Virus record (IMG/VR): IMGVR_UViG_3300029634_000134
Span: 2,567 to 34,566 of that record
Source of the DNA: a virus
Length of the DNA: 32,000 nt
Direction: 5' to 3' (one strand)
The notes beneath the pieces were generated by a model. That model ran no database searches. It worked only from the letters and a program-made list of their open reading frames with translations, and was not told where the DNA came from. The position numbers and the translations under genes were made by a program. Below, piece by piece: positions 1 through 9,802 of the stretch (within the stretch, counting starts at the first letter, position 1; every line of letters starts with the position of its first letter).

Positions 1-40
1 GGCGGGGATAATACAGCTTGGCCAGCTCGTAGGGCGTCAT
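1..40 (-). CDS. 5' end of a small ORF running off the window (MTPYELAKLYYPR...), possibly a second XkdX-like protein
   Basis: ATG at 40 overlaps the stop of 37..258 (ATGA). The N-terminus resembles the XkdX-like ORF 1906..2061 in style and in position after a fibre module. Confidence 0.3.
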   Translation of the reverse strand, partial: MTPYELAKLYYPR

Positions 41-258
41 AGACTCACCCCCTGCACAGCGGCCAGGAAGTCCACGTCGGCCCGGAGCTGTTCGGCTGGG
101 GTCGGCTCCGGCTGCTGGACCGGGTTCAAGGAAGGCAGGCCCAGCGGCAAACTACCCCGGAACACCTCGGATGAAACCTCCGTAAATCCCTTCGGAGGCA
201 CAAAGCCTTCGGTGTATGCCACGGGTTTCCCCTCAACATACTTAATAAAATACCCCAT
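37..258 (-). CDS. Small fibre-associated hypothetical protein (73 aa)
   Basis: ORF directly downstream of fibre gene 268..1869, in the same position as 2054..2350 after the first fibre gene. No family recognised. Confidence 0.6.
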   Translation of the reverse strand: MGYFIKYVEGKPVAYTEGFVPPKGFTEVSSEVFRGSLPLGLPSLNPVQQPEPTPAEQLRADVDFLAAVQGVSL

Positions 259-267
259 ACTTTTCTC

Positions 268-1869
268 CTACATTTTCGCTTTAATATAGAACACCGGGGA
301 GGTCGTCGTCTCGTCCCTACATGTTTCCCTCGCCTTATATGCCATTTCCTGGTTAAGCTGACCTAAAAACGGAACCGTGACTAAGGTGTCCCAAGTGACC
401 AGCTTTTTGGGGCTGTTGTAGGTTGCAATGTTTAAAGCCAAGGGCTCCAGGGCCAAGATCCCACACTCGAACTCCGTACTTGTCGCCCACTCCGTGGTCA
501 GATCCGCCACCACTTCAAGGAAAGAACGGGTAGCGTCCAAATGTACAACATGCCACTGTGCATCGTTTCCATCTTTAAGCAGGATCGAGCACAAAACATA
601 TTGCGCCGGATCATCAAATGCGAAAATCCCATTCCCATTGAGGAGGTTCAGATAAACGGAGGACGCTTTCAAAGGGAACGGGAGCTTTTCCCATGTAGCC
701 GTAATGACCCCCGGCTCCTCGCTTGTGATCTTGTATCTTTGGCCTGCGGAATCAAACCACACCGTGTCATTAATGACAACAACGCCGTAATAATTGTTAC
801 TTACATTCGCTGAAATCTGTTCCCAGCTCTTTGCGGGCGTTCCCCACCACACAAAGGCCGTGCCTACACGGGCGTAGTAACCATGACTCACATATACAAG
901 ATCTGTTCGATTCCCATATGAAATATTTACCGGGGCTCCAATACTGACAAATCTGTTTGTATCCGCCGTCACGTTAAACTCAACCCTGTATCCATACTTC
1001 TCGGCGCCGTTTTGCCCCACGTAGCAATAAATTGCGGATACCGTCTGTGCCGCCTCATCATAGTAGAAATTTGAAACCGCTGCGCTTCCAACTTGTTCGG
1101 TGGACGACACGTTGAAATGGATCACTCTCATATCCAGTTCAGCCGCAGTTGTGGCCGTGTTCTGAAATGAAAAAGCGAAAAGCTCTACATAGCTGCTTCT
1201 GGGGTTTTCCCCGACGATCAAATAAGTATGGTCCCCTACGATCTTGTAGGAAAAACTGTATGTCGATGAGCCATACACCCTCGCATAGCCATTGTACAAG
1301 GCAGAGAACAAGGCGGTCCGTGCTCCGGTATTGATGTCGTAAATATCGTAATACAGAGTATCCCTGTTCGGATTGCTTGTGACCGTGCCCCAAAACACCC
1401 CGATCAGGTTTTCTGTGATCCGCTTCATATAGAAAACCTTGTACCCTACATTTTGAGGGGTCTCAATTTTGATGGTGGCGTCCCGCACCTTCTCCACTGG
1501 AGACAGCCCAAACCGATTTCCCAGAAAAGAACTTAGCTCGGGGTACGCATCTTTACGAATGGCCGTTCCATCACAGGCCAACCACTCCGCCGTTCCAGGG
1601 GAAACCGCCTTATCAGACAGATCCCTCACACTGGCCCGAATGTCTCCAATCTGATCGACCTGCGTCCTGAAGGCATCATCCACCGTAGGATTATCAGCGG
1701 GATTCAGCCCCAAATTTTCAGCGGTTGAATCCTTCAGCAATGTTGCCTTGTTCAGCGGTGTGCCCTCTTGAACGGGGGAATCCGCCCGTTTCAAATCAAA
1801 CGTGTCCGGCTGTCCAGGCACCGGAATCAGCTTTACCCTTCCGGGGTAGGTAGGCACTCTATCTTCCAC
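268..1869 (-). CDS. Tail fibre / receptor-binding protein, paralog 2
   Basis: The ORF track gives 268..1890. I prefer GTG 1869, preceded by GGTGGAGG (1878-1885). With that start the N-terminus (M)EDRVPTYPGRVKLIPVPGQPDTFD aligns with MRDRVPKYPGRVRLIPVAGKADTFD of 2347..3429. The roughly 75-aa N-terminal block is shared and the C-terminus is unrelated. Confidence 0.75.
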   Translation of the reverse strand: MEDRVPTYPGRVKLIPVPGQPDTFDLKRADSPVQEGTPLNKATLLKDSTAENLGLNPADNPTVDDAFRTQVDQIGDIRASVRDLSDKAVSPGTAEWLACDGTAIRKDAYPELSSFLGNRFGLSPVEKVRDATIKIETPQNVGYKVFYMKRITENLIGVFWGTVTSNPNRDTLYYDIYDINTGARTALFSALYNGYARVYGSSTYSFSYKIVGDHTYLIVGENPRSSYVELFAFSFQNTATTAAELDMRVIHFNVSSTEQVGSAAVSNFYYDEAAQTVSAIYCYVGQNGAEKYGYRVEFNVTADTNRFVSIGAPVNISYGNRTDLVYVSHGYYARVGTAFVWWGTPAKSWEQISANVSNNYYGVVVINDTVWFDSAGQRYKITSEEPGVITATWEKLPFPLKASSVYLNLLNGNGIFAFDDPAQYVLCSILLKDGNDAQWHVVHLDATRSFLEVVADLTTEWATSTEFECGILALEPLALNIATYNSPKKLVTWDTLVTVPFLGQLNQEMAYKARETCRDETTTSPVFYIKAKM

Positions 1870-1905
1870 AGATCGTAACCTCCACCCCATGCGGAAGGGC
1901 TACGC

Positions 1906-2061
1906 TTATCCAAGATTTAGGAGCCCCCCCCCGGTAATTTTTTCCAATTCCTTGATCTCGTCCGCCTGTTCCCTGGAGATCACGGAAAGCTCCACATACC
2001 GCTCCAGTTGGGCGTCGGTGATGTAATACTTCTGATACCGCTCCTTGATCTTCTCAAACAT
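1906..2061 (-). CDS. XkdX-like small phage protein (51 aa, below ORF-track cutoff)
   Basis: Translation is MFEKIKERYQKYYITDAQLERYVELSVISREQADEIKELEKITGGGLLNLG. A GGGAGGG SD lies upstream of ATG 2061, and the ORF overlaps the stop of 2054..2350 by 8 nt. Size, sequence style and position match the short XkdX-type proteins that follow PBSX-like fibre genes. Confidence 0.6.
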   Translation of the reverse strand: MFEKIKERYQKYYITDAQLERYVELSVISREQADEIKELEKITGGGLLNLG

Positions 2062-2350
2062 TGCTCTTCCCTCCCAAAATCATCAGCTCCAGATCCGTGT
2101 GGGCCTGTCCCTGCTCAATGGCCGCCAGCTCCAGGTCCGTCACCGCCTGCCCCAGCTCGATGATGGACAGCTCTTTGTCGGTGATCTCCTGCTGGGCCTG
2201 CTCCAGGGGCGTGTATTCGTGCGGCGGGGCGTAGGCCTCTCCGATTACGCACCCCTCATAGACCGGCAGGGCCCCCAGCTCGGCGGCCACCTCCGGCTCG
2301 GCTACAATGATGTTTTCCACCATCCCACTGTTTACGATAGCGCAGTTCAT
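2054..2350 (-). CDS. Small fibre-associated hypothetical protein (98 aa, XkdW-like position)
   Basis: The ATG overlaps the stop of the glycine-rich fibre gene (ATGA at 2347-2350). It has an acidic helical C-terminal half. No family recognised. Confidence 0.65.
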   Translation of the reverse strand: MNCAIVNSGMVENIIVAEPEVAAELGALPVYEGCVIGEAYAPPHEYTPLEQAQQEITDKELSIIELGQAVTDLELAAIEQGQAHTDLELMILGGKSNV

Positions 2351-3429
2351 GACGCAACCCTCCAGATAATCGTGACCCTGCCGCTGCCACCTCCGGCGCC
2401 CGGATAGTTGCCGATACTGCCGCCTCCGCCGCCGCCTGGGGCGCTTCCAGACTGAGCCCTTTGTGTACTGCCCCAGTTATCCGTCAGGCTGCCTCTGCCC
2501 CCGCACGGGCTGCCTGCGTTCGCATACTCGCTGGAATAGGATGCCGTGCTGATCCCGGCGCCGCCGCCCCCGCCGCCGCCTCCAGTTCCGTCCGTAGCAA
2601 GGGCAGGCGGGAAACTTCCGGTAAGATAGCCGCCGGTGCCATTGCCGGAACCGCCACGACTTCCAGACGCCCCTTGTCCACCGGCGGCAGATACATCCAT
2701 AAAGCTGCTCGTGCCTCCACGTCCTCCGCTGGAGCCGCTCGAGCCTTCCCCGCCGCTTCCCACCACAGCCGTCAGCGGGGTGGAGTAAGGTGGGACTACG
2801 TTCGTTTTGCGCACGACGTATCCACCGCCGCCTCCGCTGTTCTGCGCATTTCCGCCACCGCCGCCGCCAACATTGATAATATCGATATCAGTTACATAGG
2901 GACTGAAAAGAATGTTGGTTGTGGTCGTCACAATCCCCTTTGTGCCTGCGGTGGGGGCACTCAATTCCAAAACCGCCGTGACAATCGTTTTCAGTGGGGT
3001 GCTTATTGTTTTGGATACCTTGGGCATATCCAGATAATCCAGGGTGGTCAGCGTTGTGCTTTCCGTGGTTGCCAGCCCTACCGCAGTTCCATCAGCCTTT
3101 GTGTACAAAGTCCCGCCGCTCAGATCCGTCAGTCCTTCAATGGGCAGTCCCGCTTTTGCCGGATGGCCGCCCACGGTCACGGTCAGCCTCACCAAGCAGG
3201 CGCTTTTACTAGACAAAACAGACGCCACGAAAGCGTCGTCCACCGTTGGGTCATCGGTGGGGACCAGCCCAAGAAACTCCGCCGTCTCGTCCGACAGCAG
3301 CGTCGCCTTGCTGAGGGCCGTCCCCTCCTCCACCGGCTCGTCGGCCCGCACCATGTCGAAGGTGTCCGCCTTTCCCGCCACCGGGATCAGCCTCACCCGG
3401 CCCGGATACTTGGGCACTCTGTCTCTCAT
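2347..3429 (-). CDS. Glycine-rich tail fibre protein, paralog 1
   Basis: The track start is 3450, but ATG 3429 has a GGGGAGG SD and lies 4 nt after the upstream stop. The N-terminal block is shared with 268..1869. The C-terminal half is full of poly-Gly runs (GGGGGG, GGSG), as in glycine-rich phage fibre domains. Confidence 0.75.
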   Translation of the reverse strand: MRDRVPKYPGRVRLIPVAGKADTFDMVRADEPVEEGTALSKATLLSDETAEFLGLVPTDDPTVDDAFVASVLSSKSACLVRLTVTVGGHPAKAGLPIEGLTDLSGGTLYTKADGTAVGLATTESTTLTTLDYLDMPKVSKTISTPLKTIVTAVLELSAPTAGTKGIVTTTTNILFSPYVTDIDIINVGGGGGGNAQNSGGGGGYVVRKTNVVPPYSTPLTAVVGSGGEGSSGSSGGRGGTSSFMDVSAAGGQGASGSRGGSGNGTGGYLTGSFPPALATDGTGGGGGGGGAGISTASYSSEYANAGSPCGGRGSLTDNWGSTQRAQSGSAPGGGGGGSIGNYPGAGGGSGRVTIIWRVAS

Positions 3430-3433
3430 ACCT

Positions 3434-3847
3434 TCATACCTCCCCGGCATAGATCTCGCCGCAGTAGTACCAAGCGGCGGCCATATTGTTCAGCAGAAAT
3501 TCAAGGTCGGCCAGGATCTTTTCGATATCGTTGGCCTGCTCCCAGGTCAGTCCGGCCATGCTCCCAGGCACGGGCGGCGTGGTCTCCATCATCCGCAGCG
3601 CACCCCGCAGCGCCCGCAGGTCCGCCAGATATCGGTCCATATCCGCCTGCCAGGGGATATCCTCCATGGTCCAGTTCACCTTCGGAGCGATGGAAACCCC
3701 ATACCCACAGGCCCGGAACCGTCCGGCCAGATAGGCCTGGGCCTCCCCCACCCGATTGAGGTCCGTGGCGTTGTACGTGCCCTTCTCGTTCAGCGCCGCC
3801 ACGTCCTGCGCCGTCCGATCCAGAACCAGAGTGTCAATCACGCCCAA
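3434..3847 (-). CDS. Tail-tip associated hypothetical protein (137 aa)
   Basis: Tightly packed between the Tal-like gene and the fibre gene. Coding-like composition. No family recognised. Confidence 0.65.
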   Translation of the reverse strand: MGVIDTLVLDRTAQDVAALNEKGTYNATDLNRVGEAQAYLAGRFRACGYGVSIAPKVNWTMEDIPWQADMDRYLADLRALRGALRMMETTPPVPGSMAGLTWEQANDIEKILADLEFLLNNMAAAWYYCGEIYAGEV

Positions 3848-3848
3848 G

Positions 3849-5630
3849 CTAGTCTCCTCCTCCCCACGCCTTGGTGTCGGCGCTCAACCCGCCGTCAAAG
3901 CTGAACTCCTCTTTGAGAATGATGGCCTTCCGGTCCTCGCCGTAGGCGTCGGAGACCCGCACCGTGTCCCCCACCTCCCGGGCGGGGTTGCCCCGCTCCC
4001 GGATAGGGTAGACAAGCCGCCGCTGTTCCAGGGCAAGCCGCCGCTCTCCCACCTGCCGGGCCAGGGCATCGGAACACACCAGCGGGTTTTCGATCTCCAC
4101 CGCCTGCTCCGTCTCCCCCGGCTCAAGGGCCTGGACCACGCACACGCTCTCCGAGGCATCCAGGCTGACGCCGGCCACGACGACAGTGGCCGTCCCGTTC
4201 CCCGTCATGGTGAGCTTGGCGGCATAGAGATAGTATTCGGCGGAGGTCAGCGTCCCGCCGCTCACAGTGGCCGCCGCCCCCCGCACAGGCCCGGAAAACT
4301 TCGCCCAAAGCACGGTTTCGCCCTTCAGCTCCACCGTGCCCTTGTAGACCTCTCCCGCCTGTGTGCCCGTGGGGGCCTGGAGGCCATAAGCGCACACCTC
4401 CACGGTGTTGACCCGCTCCGCCACCTCCACGTCCGGCGGCTCCTCCATGTTGTTCATGTCCAGCGCATCCACCGTCTCCCCCTCCTGGAGGTCCACAAAA
4501 TGGAGCACATCGTCACGTCCCATGAAACACACCGCCATAGCCGCCTGGGCCACCAGCCGCAAGGCCTCCCTGTGAGACACCAGGGGCACCGCCCAGCCGA
4601 TCACGGTATTCCCCACGGCGGGGTCGATTTCCGCCGTAAGCCCCGTTCCGCTGTCGGCCAGAATGTCCGCCACAATGGTCGAAACCGTGTCTGTCCCCTC
4701 CCGGCCCTTTCGGTAGGTCCCCCGGTCCAGCAGGAACAGCCGGTCCCGTGCCGTGATTTGGGCGGTCATGCCGCTGTCGCTGGCGCTGGAGCGGTAAAAG
4801 TAATGCCGTCCCATATTCACCAGCTCCACGTCCCGTTTCGCCCCCACACCCAACACCGTGTTCAACGCCTGCCCCTGCTGAAGGTAGCGGTATGCCCCGG
4901 TTGGGTTGACCATGTTATACATCCGGTCCCGGTTGTCGATGGTAATGACCAGCTCACCCACGGGCAGGCTGTCCATCCTGGGGTCGATCTCATAGAGCAG
5001 CTTCAGATCCACGGTATTGTCCTTCCGAAAGCTCTGCACCACCCCAAAGACCACCTCGGCCACCCGCACCCGGCGGAAGGGCCTGGACGTGCGGCGGAAC
5101 ACCAGCTCCAAGCGCCGGTATCCGTAGGACGGCACACTGGAGACGTACACCGGCCCGCTGTTCCCTCGAACCTCCTCCAGGCTCAGACGGTTCCCCTCGG
5201 CGTCGTAGGTCATCAGGTCGAAGTCCGTGGCCCACTCCCCGGCGGCCTCGTCGAAGTGGATGGTAAAGCCCACGCTGGAGTGGGGCAATGTGAAGTCGAA
5301 GGCCAGGGACGGCGGCTCCTCAAATCGTCCGTCCTCCCCCGAGAGGACCCCGCTCCACCAGCCGGTCTCCTCCCCAGACAGATCGGCCTTGGGCGGCTCA
5401 AATGTCCCGTCCAGAGCCCAATAGTTCCGCTCCAGCACCGCCCACCGTTTTTCGATGGCCTCCACCCCGTCGTGGGTCTGGCCCAACTGAGAAATGGGGG
5501 CCTCTCCGCTGCACACTGGGACGGCTTCCCCGGCGGCGGTGGTGTCCTCCAGCCGAAAGGTCACCCTGGCATCCGCCCACCGGGCATCGGCATAGACCCC
5601 GGCTCCCCAGGCCGGACCGGTCTCCACCAT
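3849..5630 (-). CDS. Tail tip / Tal-like (baseplate hub) protein
   Basis: 593-aa ORF two genes downstream of the tape measure gene. This is the canonical siphovirus order TMP-Dit-Tal. Confidence 0.7.
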   Translation of the reverse strand: MVETGPAWGAGVYADARWADARVTFRLEDTTAAGEAVPVCSGEAPISQLGQTHDGVEAIEKRWAVLERNYWALDGTFEPPKADLSGEETGWWSGVLSGEDGRFEEPPSLAFDFTLPHSSVGFTIHFDEAAGEWATDFDLMTYDAEGNRLSLEEVRGNSGPVYVSSVPSYGYRRLELVFRRTSRPFRRVRVAEVVFGVVQSFRKDNTVDLKLLYEIDPRMDSLPVGELVITIDNRDRMYNMVNPTGAYRYLQQGQALNTVLGVGAKRDVELVNMGRHYFYRSSASDSGMTAQITARDRLFLLDRGTYRKGREGTDTVSTIVADILADSGTGLTAEIDPAVGNTVIGWAVPLVSHREALRLVAQAAMAVCFMGRDDVLHFVDLQEGETVDALDMNNMEEPPDVEVAERVNTVEVCAYGLQAPTGTQAGEVYKGTVELKGETVLWAKFSGPVRGAAATVSGGTLTSAEYYLYAAKLTMTGNGTATVVVAGVSLDASESVCVVQALEPGETEQAVEIENPLVCSDALARQVGERRLALEQRRLVYPIRERGNPAREVGDTVRVSDAYGEDRKAIILKEEFSFDGGLSADTKAWGGGD

Positions 5631-6014
5631 TTAAACCACCTCCTGGGCCTTCATCGTCAGGGAGGCCCCATACCACCGGGGCTCTCCAGCCACGAAGCGG
5701 AAAATGCCCACGTCGGGATAGTTCACGCTGAACAGCCCGGAAGCCGCCCCAGCCACCGGGTCGGGGTACTCCACGAGAAAATAGCCGCCCCGCCGCAAGA
5801 GCTCGTGAAGCCTCCGCACGGTTTCCACCGGAAGCCACTCCCACTCCGCCCGGATGGTGGCCCGGAAGCCCTTGACCTCCTTCACCAGCCTGCCGGAGGC
5901 CATGGCCTTCTCCGTCGCCACCTCCTCGCCGCCCAGCGTGACGGCCCGCACCCTGGGCATGATAATCTCCACCGCCCTGTCAGGGCTCGATATGGTGATG
6001 CGGTCCATGTTCAT
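5631..6014 (-). CDS. Distal tail protein-like (short, 127 aa)
   Basis: Immediately follows the tape measure gene and abuts the Tal-like gene. The call rests on position. Confidence 0.55.
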   Translation of the reverse strand: MNMDRITISSPDRAVEIIMPRVRAVTLGGEEVATEKAMASGRLVKEVKGFRATIRAEWEWLPVETVRRLHELLRRGGYFLVEYPDPVAGAASGLFSVNYPDVGIFRFVAGEPRWYGASLTMKAQEVV

Positions 6015-6020
6015 CCCTCC

Positions 6021-9000
6021 TTACGCGGGAACCAGTGACTTCCCGCCTCTCCGCCGCCCTTCGTCCACCAGCGGGTCATACACCACACTGGCAATCTGCT
6101 TTCCGTCCAGATTGATATTCAAGGTCACATTCTGGCCGCCTCCGCCCCGCTCCATCAGCGGAGCCAAAGCGTTCACCAGCCCGGAGACCAGATCAGCAGA
6201 AGTGTTTCCGCCGCCTGTGACGGGCAGGCTCCCCATGATCTCGTCGGCGCCGCGGCGCATCCGCCGTTTCACGTTCGCCATCTCCGACTCGAAGCCGACC
6301 ATGATCCCCTGGGCCGTGGGGACGCCCACCAGCTCGGCCATCTTCCGGCTCGGGGAGTGGATATCCAGGGCCCGCCGCATCTCGGCCACGATGGCGTCGG
6401 CAATGCTTCTCGCCGTGGCGATGGCCCTGCGCCCCTCGCTCTCCAGCCCGGAGCGCAGCCCCGCCATTGCGTCCCGGCCCGCCCGCTGGAACTTCCCGGC
6501 ACTGGCGGAAAAAGTGGCGCACACGGCCTCCACCGACTCCCCGGCGGCCCCCGTCAGTTGGGCCAGGGCGGCCTGAAATCCCCGGACCGTCTCGGTCATG
6601 ACCCCGGCCCCGGCGGCCTGGGTCCGCTCCGCCTGTCCGGCCACACCCTGGGCAAAGGCCCCCGCCGTCTCCTCTCCCGCCGTCTGGGCCTCTCCGGTTC
6701 CGGCCAGGGCGGAGGCAATGGTCTGCCCGACCTGGGCAAGCTGCTCCTCGGCCAGGGCGCCCAGCTCCACCGGCACCTCCACCGCAGGGATCTCCCGCTC
6801 GGCCTGTTCGGCGGCAAGCTGTCCCTTTTTGGCAAAGAGCTCAGCGTACTCGTCTAACTGCTTGTCGGAGAGCTGCAAAAGAGCGTGCAGCTCGTCCGCC
6901 GCCTTGGGCCCCATGTCCCGCAGCTCGTCCAGCAGCGGCCCGGTGATGCCCCGCCCGGCCAGGGCTTCCATGTCCGCCTGCCAGCCCTCAAAGGCCTTGA
7001 CTTGATCCCGCAGGTTCTTCAGCAGTTCCCGCCCGGACACGTCGTTTTTCTTCTCCACGCTGTCGAAAAGACCGGCGAAGCCCTCCAGGCTCTTGGCCCT
7101 GGACTGGACCGCCTTCTCGTACTCGTCGAAGGCCTTCTTCTGCTCGTCATAGATCTTCTGTTCCGCAGCCTGCTCTTCCTTCATCAGGTTTTGGCGGGCG
7201 GTGTACAGGTTCTTTTCCGCCTCGGCCTGCTCGTCGGCCAGCAGATTGTGGCGCTCCACCACCCGCTCCCAGGCCTCCACCTCCTCCTGGGCGGACAGCC
7301 GGTGATAAAACTTCTCGTTGTCGATCCATTTTTTCGAGTAGGTGTAGGCGTCCTTGGATGCCTTTGCGGAGGCGTCGGCGGCCTCCTTGGCCTCCTGCTT
7401 CCGGGCCTTGTAGAGGTTTTGGTCAATCTCTTTGAGCTCTTCGGCCCCCAGACCGCCCACCTCTTTGAGGGCTTCCCAGAAGTCGGCCTCCTCCCCTATG
7501 GTGAGCTGATCCAGGGCCTTCTTGTCCTTGACCCATCCGGAGGCGGCGTCATAGATGGCCTCCGACAGCTCTTCGGCGGTCTTGATGGCCTTCCCCTTCT
7601 TGTTCTCCATGCCCAGGGCAAAGCCCTCCACGGTGAACCCGCCCAGCTCGGCAAAGACGGTAGAGGGGGAATGGATTCCGAGGAAGTTTTTCACCCCGTC
7701 CACCACACCAGAGAAAAAGCCCTTCACCTGCTCCATGAGCCAGGCGCCCATGCCTTTGATACCCTCCCAGATGCCGGTGACCATGTTATTCCCGGCCTCT
7801 TTCAGGTCGTTCCACAGGTTTCCAATTCCCATCACCACCGTGGCCACGATCTCCCCGGCGGCCTGGCCCAGGTTGGAAAGCCCGCTTTTGATCCCCTCCA
7901 CCAGCTTGACAATCAGCTCCCCCGCCGCCTCCAGCAGCTTGGGGGCGTTGGTCACGATGGCCGAAACCAGCTTCCCCACAATCTCCGGCGCCTTCTCCAC
8001 CAGCCGGGGCAGGGCGGAAATCAGCCCGTCCGCCAGGGCAAAAACGAGGTCGATCCCGGCGTCCACAATCTGGTCGATGTCGCCCAGCAGTCCGTCCACA
8101 ATGGTGAGCACGGCGTCCACCGCCGCCGGGATCAGTGTGGGCAATGCGTTCGTGATGCCGCCCACCATCGCCAGCACCATCTGACGGGCCCCGTTCACGA
8201 CGCCGGGCAGGGCGCTCACCATGCCCTCCGTGACTTGCCCCAGGATGTTCCCGGCCTCATCGACAAGCCCCTGGAAGCCGCCCGCCTCGAACGCCTGGGT
8301 GAGCTGTCCAACGTACTGCGTTGCGGTCTGGGCCGCCTGTTTCAGCGGAGCGCCGATGCCCTCATAAACGGCAATTCCAAAGCCCTCGATGGAGGACTTC
8401 ATAATGGTAACAGCGCCCTTGAGGTTGTCTATCTGCACGTCGGCCATGTCCTGCATGGCGCCCCCGCTGTCGCTCACGGCGGCGGCCAGGGTGTCGAACT
8501 CCTCCCCACACCCGGCCAGCATGGCCTGGACGGACTTGAGGTCCACCTTATTGAACATTTCATTGAGGGCCGCCGTTTTCTCGCCCTCGGTCATTTGGGC
8601 CATGGAGGAGTCCAGGTCCTTGAACACCTCATTGAGGGGCCGCAGATTGCCCGAGGCGTCGTAAACCTCCAGCCCCAGGGCCTTCATCTGCTTTGCCGCC
8701 TTGTCGGTGGGGGCGGACAGGGACAGAATGATGTTTCTCAAAGCGGTGCCGCCCTCGGCCCCCTTGATGCCCCGGTTCGCCAGGACGCCCAGGGAGGTGT
8801 TGAGCTCCGTCACGCCCCCCGCCAGCCCCTTGGCCGTGCCGCCCACGGTAAGCGTGGCCTCGCCAAGCTGGGCCACGCTGGTGTTGGCCTTACTGGCCGT
8901 CCGGGCCATCTTGTCCCCGAACTCCGTCAGGCTTTCCTGGGACGCCTCGATCCCAAGCGCCGCCATGGCGTCGGTGGCTAGGTCGGAGGCGTAGGCCAAA

Positions 9001-9785
9001 TCCAGCCCGCCAGCCGCCGCCAGATTGAGGACAGCGGGAAGGGCGTCCGAGGCCTTTTCAGCGTCATATCCGGCCAGAGCCAGATAATTGAGGGCTTCCG
9101 CCGACTCCGTGGCGCTGAACTTCGTGGATGCCCCGGCGTCTTTGGCCGCCTGCTTCAGCGTTTCAAAGGCCTCGCTTCCGGCGGCGATCTCCTCCGGCGA
9201 CATTCCCATGGTGGCCGCCACCTGGGACATACCCTCCTCAAAGTCGGCACCGGCGCCCACAAACTCCTTCAGGGCCCGCCCCAGCTCCCTGGCCGCCGCC
9301 ACGACGGCCACCTGCATGGCGGTGATGCCCTGTTTGAACTTCTCCGTTTTGTCCCCGGTGGCCTGGGCCGTCCGCCCGAACTCGTCCAGCTTGTTCCCGG
9401 CCTCGTCGTACCCCCGCCGGACATTGGTCAGGTCCCGTTCGTTCTCCTCCAGGGCTTGCCCCAGCCGGTTCAGCTCCGTCTGAGCCCTGTTGACCTGCTG
9501 CTGCCACTTCTGGACAACCTCGCTGTTGTCGTCATATTTGCCCCGGGCGGCCTCCAGGCCCCTCTGCATCTCGGCCAGCTTCGTCTTCTGGGTGTCATAC
9601 TGCTTATTCAGCACTTCGCCCCTGGCGGTCAAGGCGGCCTCGCTCTTGTCCGTCTTGTCGAACGCAGACGCCACCATGCCCAGCTCGGTCCCCAGGGTCT
9701 TCATGGTGGTGTTGATGCCCTGGATGGCCCGCCGGAACTCGGCCTCCCCATCAATTCCAATTTTCGGTCCAATATCGTAGGACAT
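6021..9785 (-). CDS. Tail tape measure protein
   Basis: About 1254 aa, rich in Ala/Glu/Lys/Gly with a coiled-coil style. It carries two IHSPS motifs (GIHSPSTVFAELGG and DIHSPSRKMAELVG) typical of tape measure proteins. ATG 9785 is preceded by GGGAGGTG; the ORF track starts at GTG 9794. Confidence 0.9.
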   Translation of the reverse strand: MSYDIGPKIGIDGEAEFRRAIQGINTTMKTLGTELGMVASAFDKTDKSEAALTARGEVLNKQYDTQKTKLAEMQRGLEAARGKYDDNSEVVQKWQQQVNRAQTELNRLGQALEENERDLTNVRRGYDEAGNKLDEFGRTAQATGDKTEKFKQGITAMQVAVVAAARELGRALKEFVGAGADFEEGMSQVAATMGMSPEEIAAGSEAFETLKQAAKDAGASTKFSATESAEALNYLALAGYDAEKASDALPAVLNLAAAGGLDLAYASDLATDAMAALGIEASQESLTEFGDKMARTASKANTSVAQLGEATLTVGGTAKGLAGGVTELNTSLGVLANRGIKGAEGGTALRNIILSLSAPTDKAAKQMKALGLEVYDASGNLRPLNEVFKDLDSSMAQMTEGEKTAALNEMFNKVDLKSVQAMLAGCGEEFDTLAAAVSDSGGAMQDMADVQIDNLKGAVTIMKSSIEGFGIAVYEGIGAPLKQAAQTATQYVGQLTQAFEAGGFQGLVDEAGNILGQVTEGMVSALPGVVNGARQMVLAMVGGITNALPTLIPAAVDAVLTIVDGLLGDIDQIVDAGIDLVFALADGLISALPRLVEKAPEIVGKLVSAIVTNAPKLLEAAGELIVKLVEGIKSGLSNLGQAAGEIVATVVMGIGNLWNDLKEAGNNMVTGIWEGIKGMGAWLMEQVKGFFSGVVDGVKNFLGIHSPSTVFAELGGFTVEGFALGMENKKGKAIKTAEELSEAIYDAASGWVKDKKALDQLTIGEEADFWEALKEVGGLGAEELKEIDQNLYKARKQEAKEAADASAKASKDAYTYSKKWIDNEKFYHRLSAQEEVEAWERVVERHNLLADEQAEAEKNLYTARQNLMKEEQAAEQKIYDEQKKAFDEYEKAVQSRAKSLEGFAGLFDSVEKKNDVSGRELLKNLRDQVKAFEGWQADMEALAGRGITGPLLDELRDMGPKAADELHALLQLSDKQLDEYAELFAKKGQLAAEQAEREIPAVEVPVELGALAEEQLAQVGQTIASALAGTGEAQTAGEETAGAFAQGVAGQAERTQAAGAGVMTETVRGFQAALAQLTGAAGESVEAVCATFSASAGKFQRAGRDAMAGLRSGLESEGRRAIATARSIADAIVAEMRRALDIHSPSRKMAELVGVPTAQGIMVGFESEMANVKRRMRRGADEIMGSLPVTGGGNTSADLVSGLVNALAPLMERGGGGQNVTLNINLDGKQIASVVYDPLVDEGRRRGGKSLVPA

Positions 9786-9802
9786 ACCAGCCACCTCCCG
9801 GC

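Noticed and set aside
2461-6038. Long plus-strand ORFs (2461..3759, 3044..3904, 3756..6038) antisense to the fibre and tail-tip genes
   Set aside because: The products are Arg/Pro/Gly/His-rich and low in complexity. These are typical shadow ORFs of GC-rich coding DNA. The minus-strand genes have SD sites, overlaps and recognisable products.
6885-8981. 698-aa plus-strand ORF antisense to the tape measure gene
   Set aside because: Same shadow-ORF composition. The tape measure reading frame is clearly the real one.
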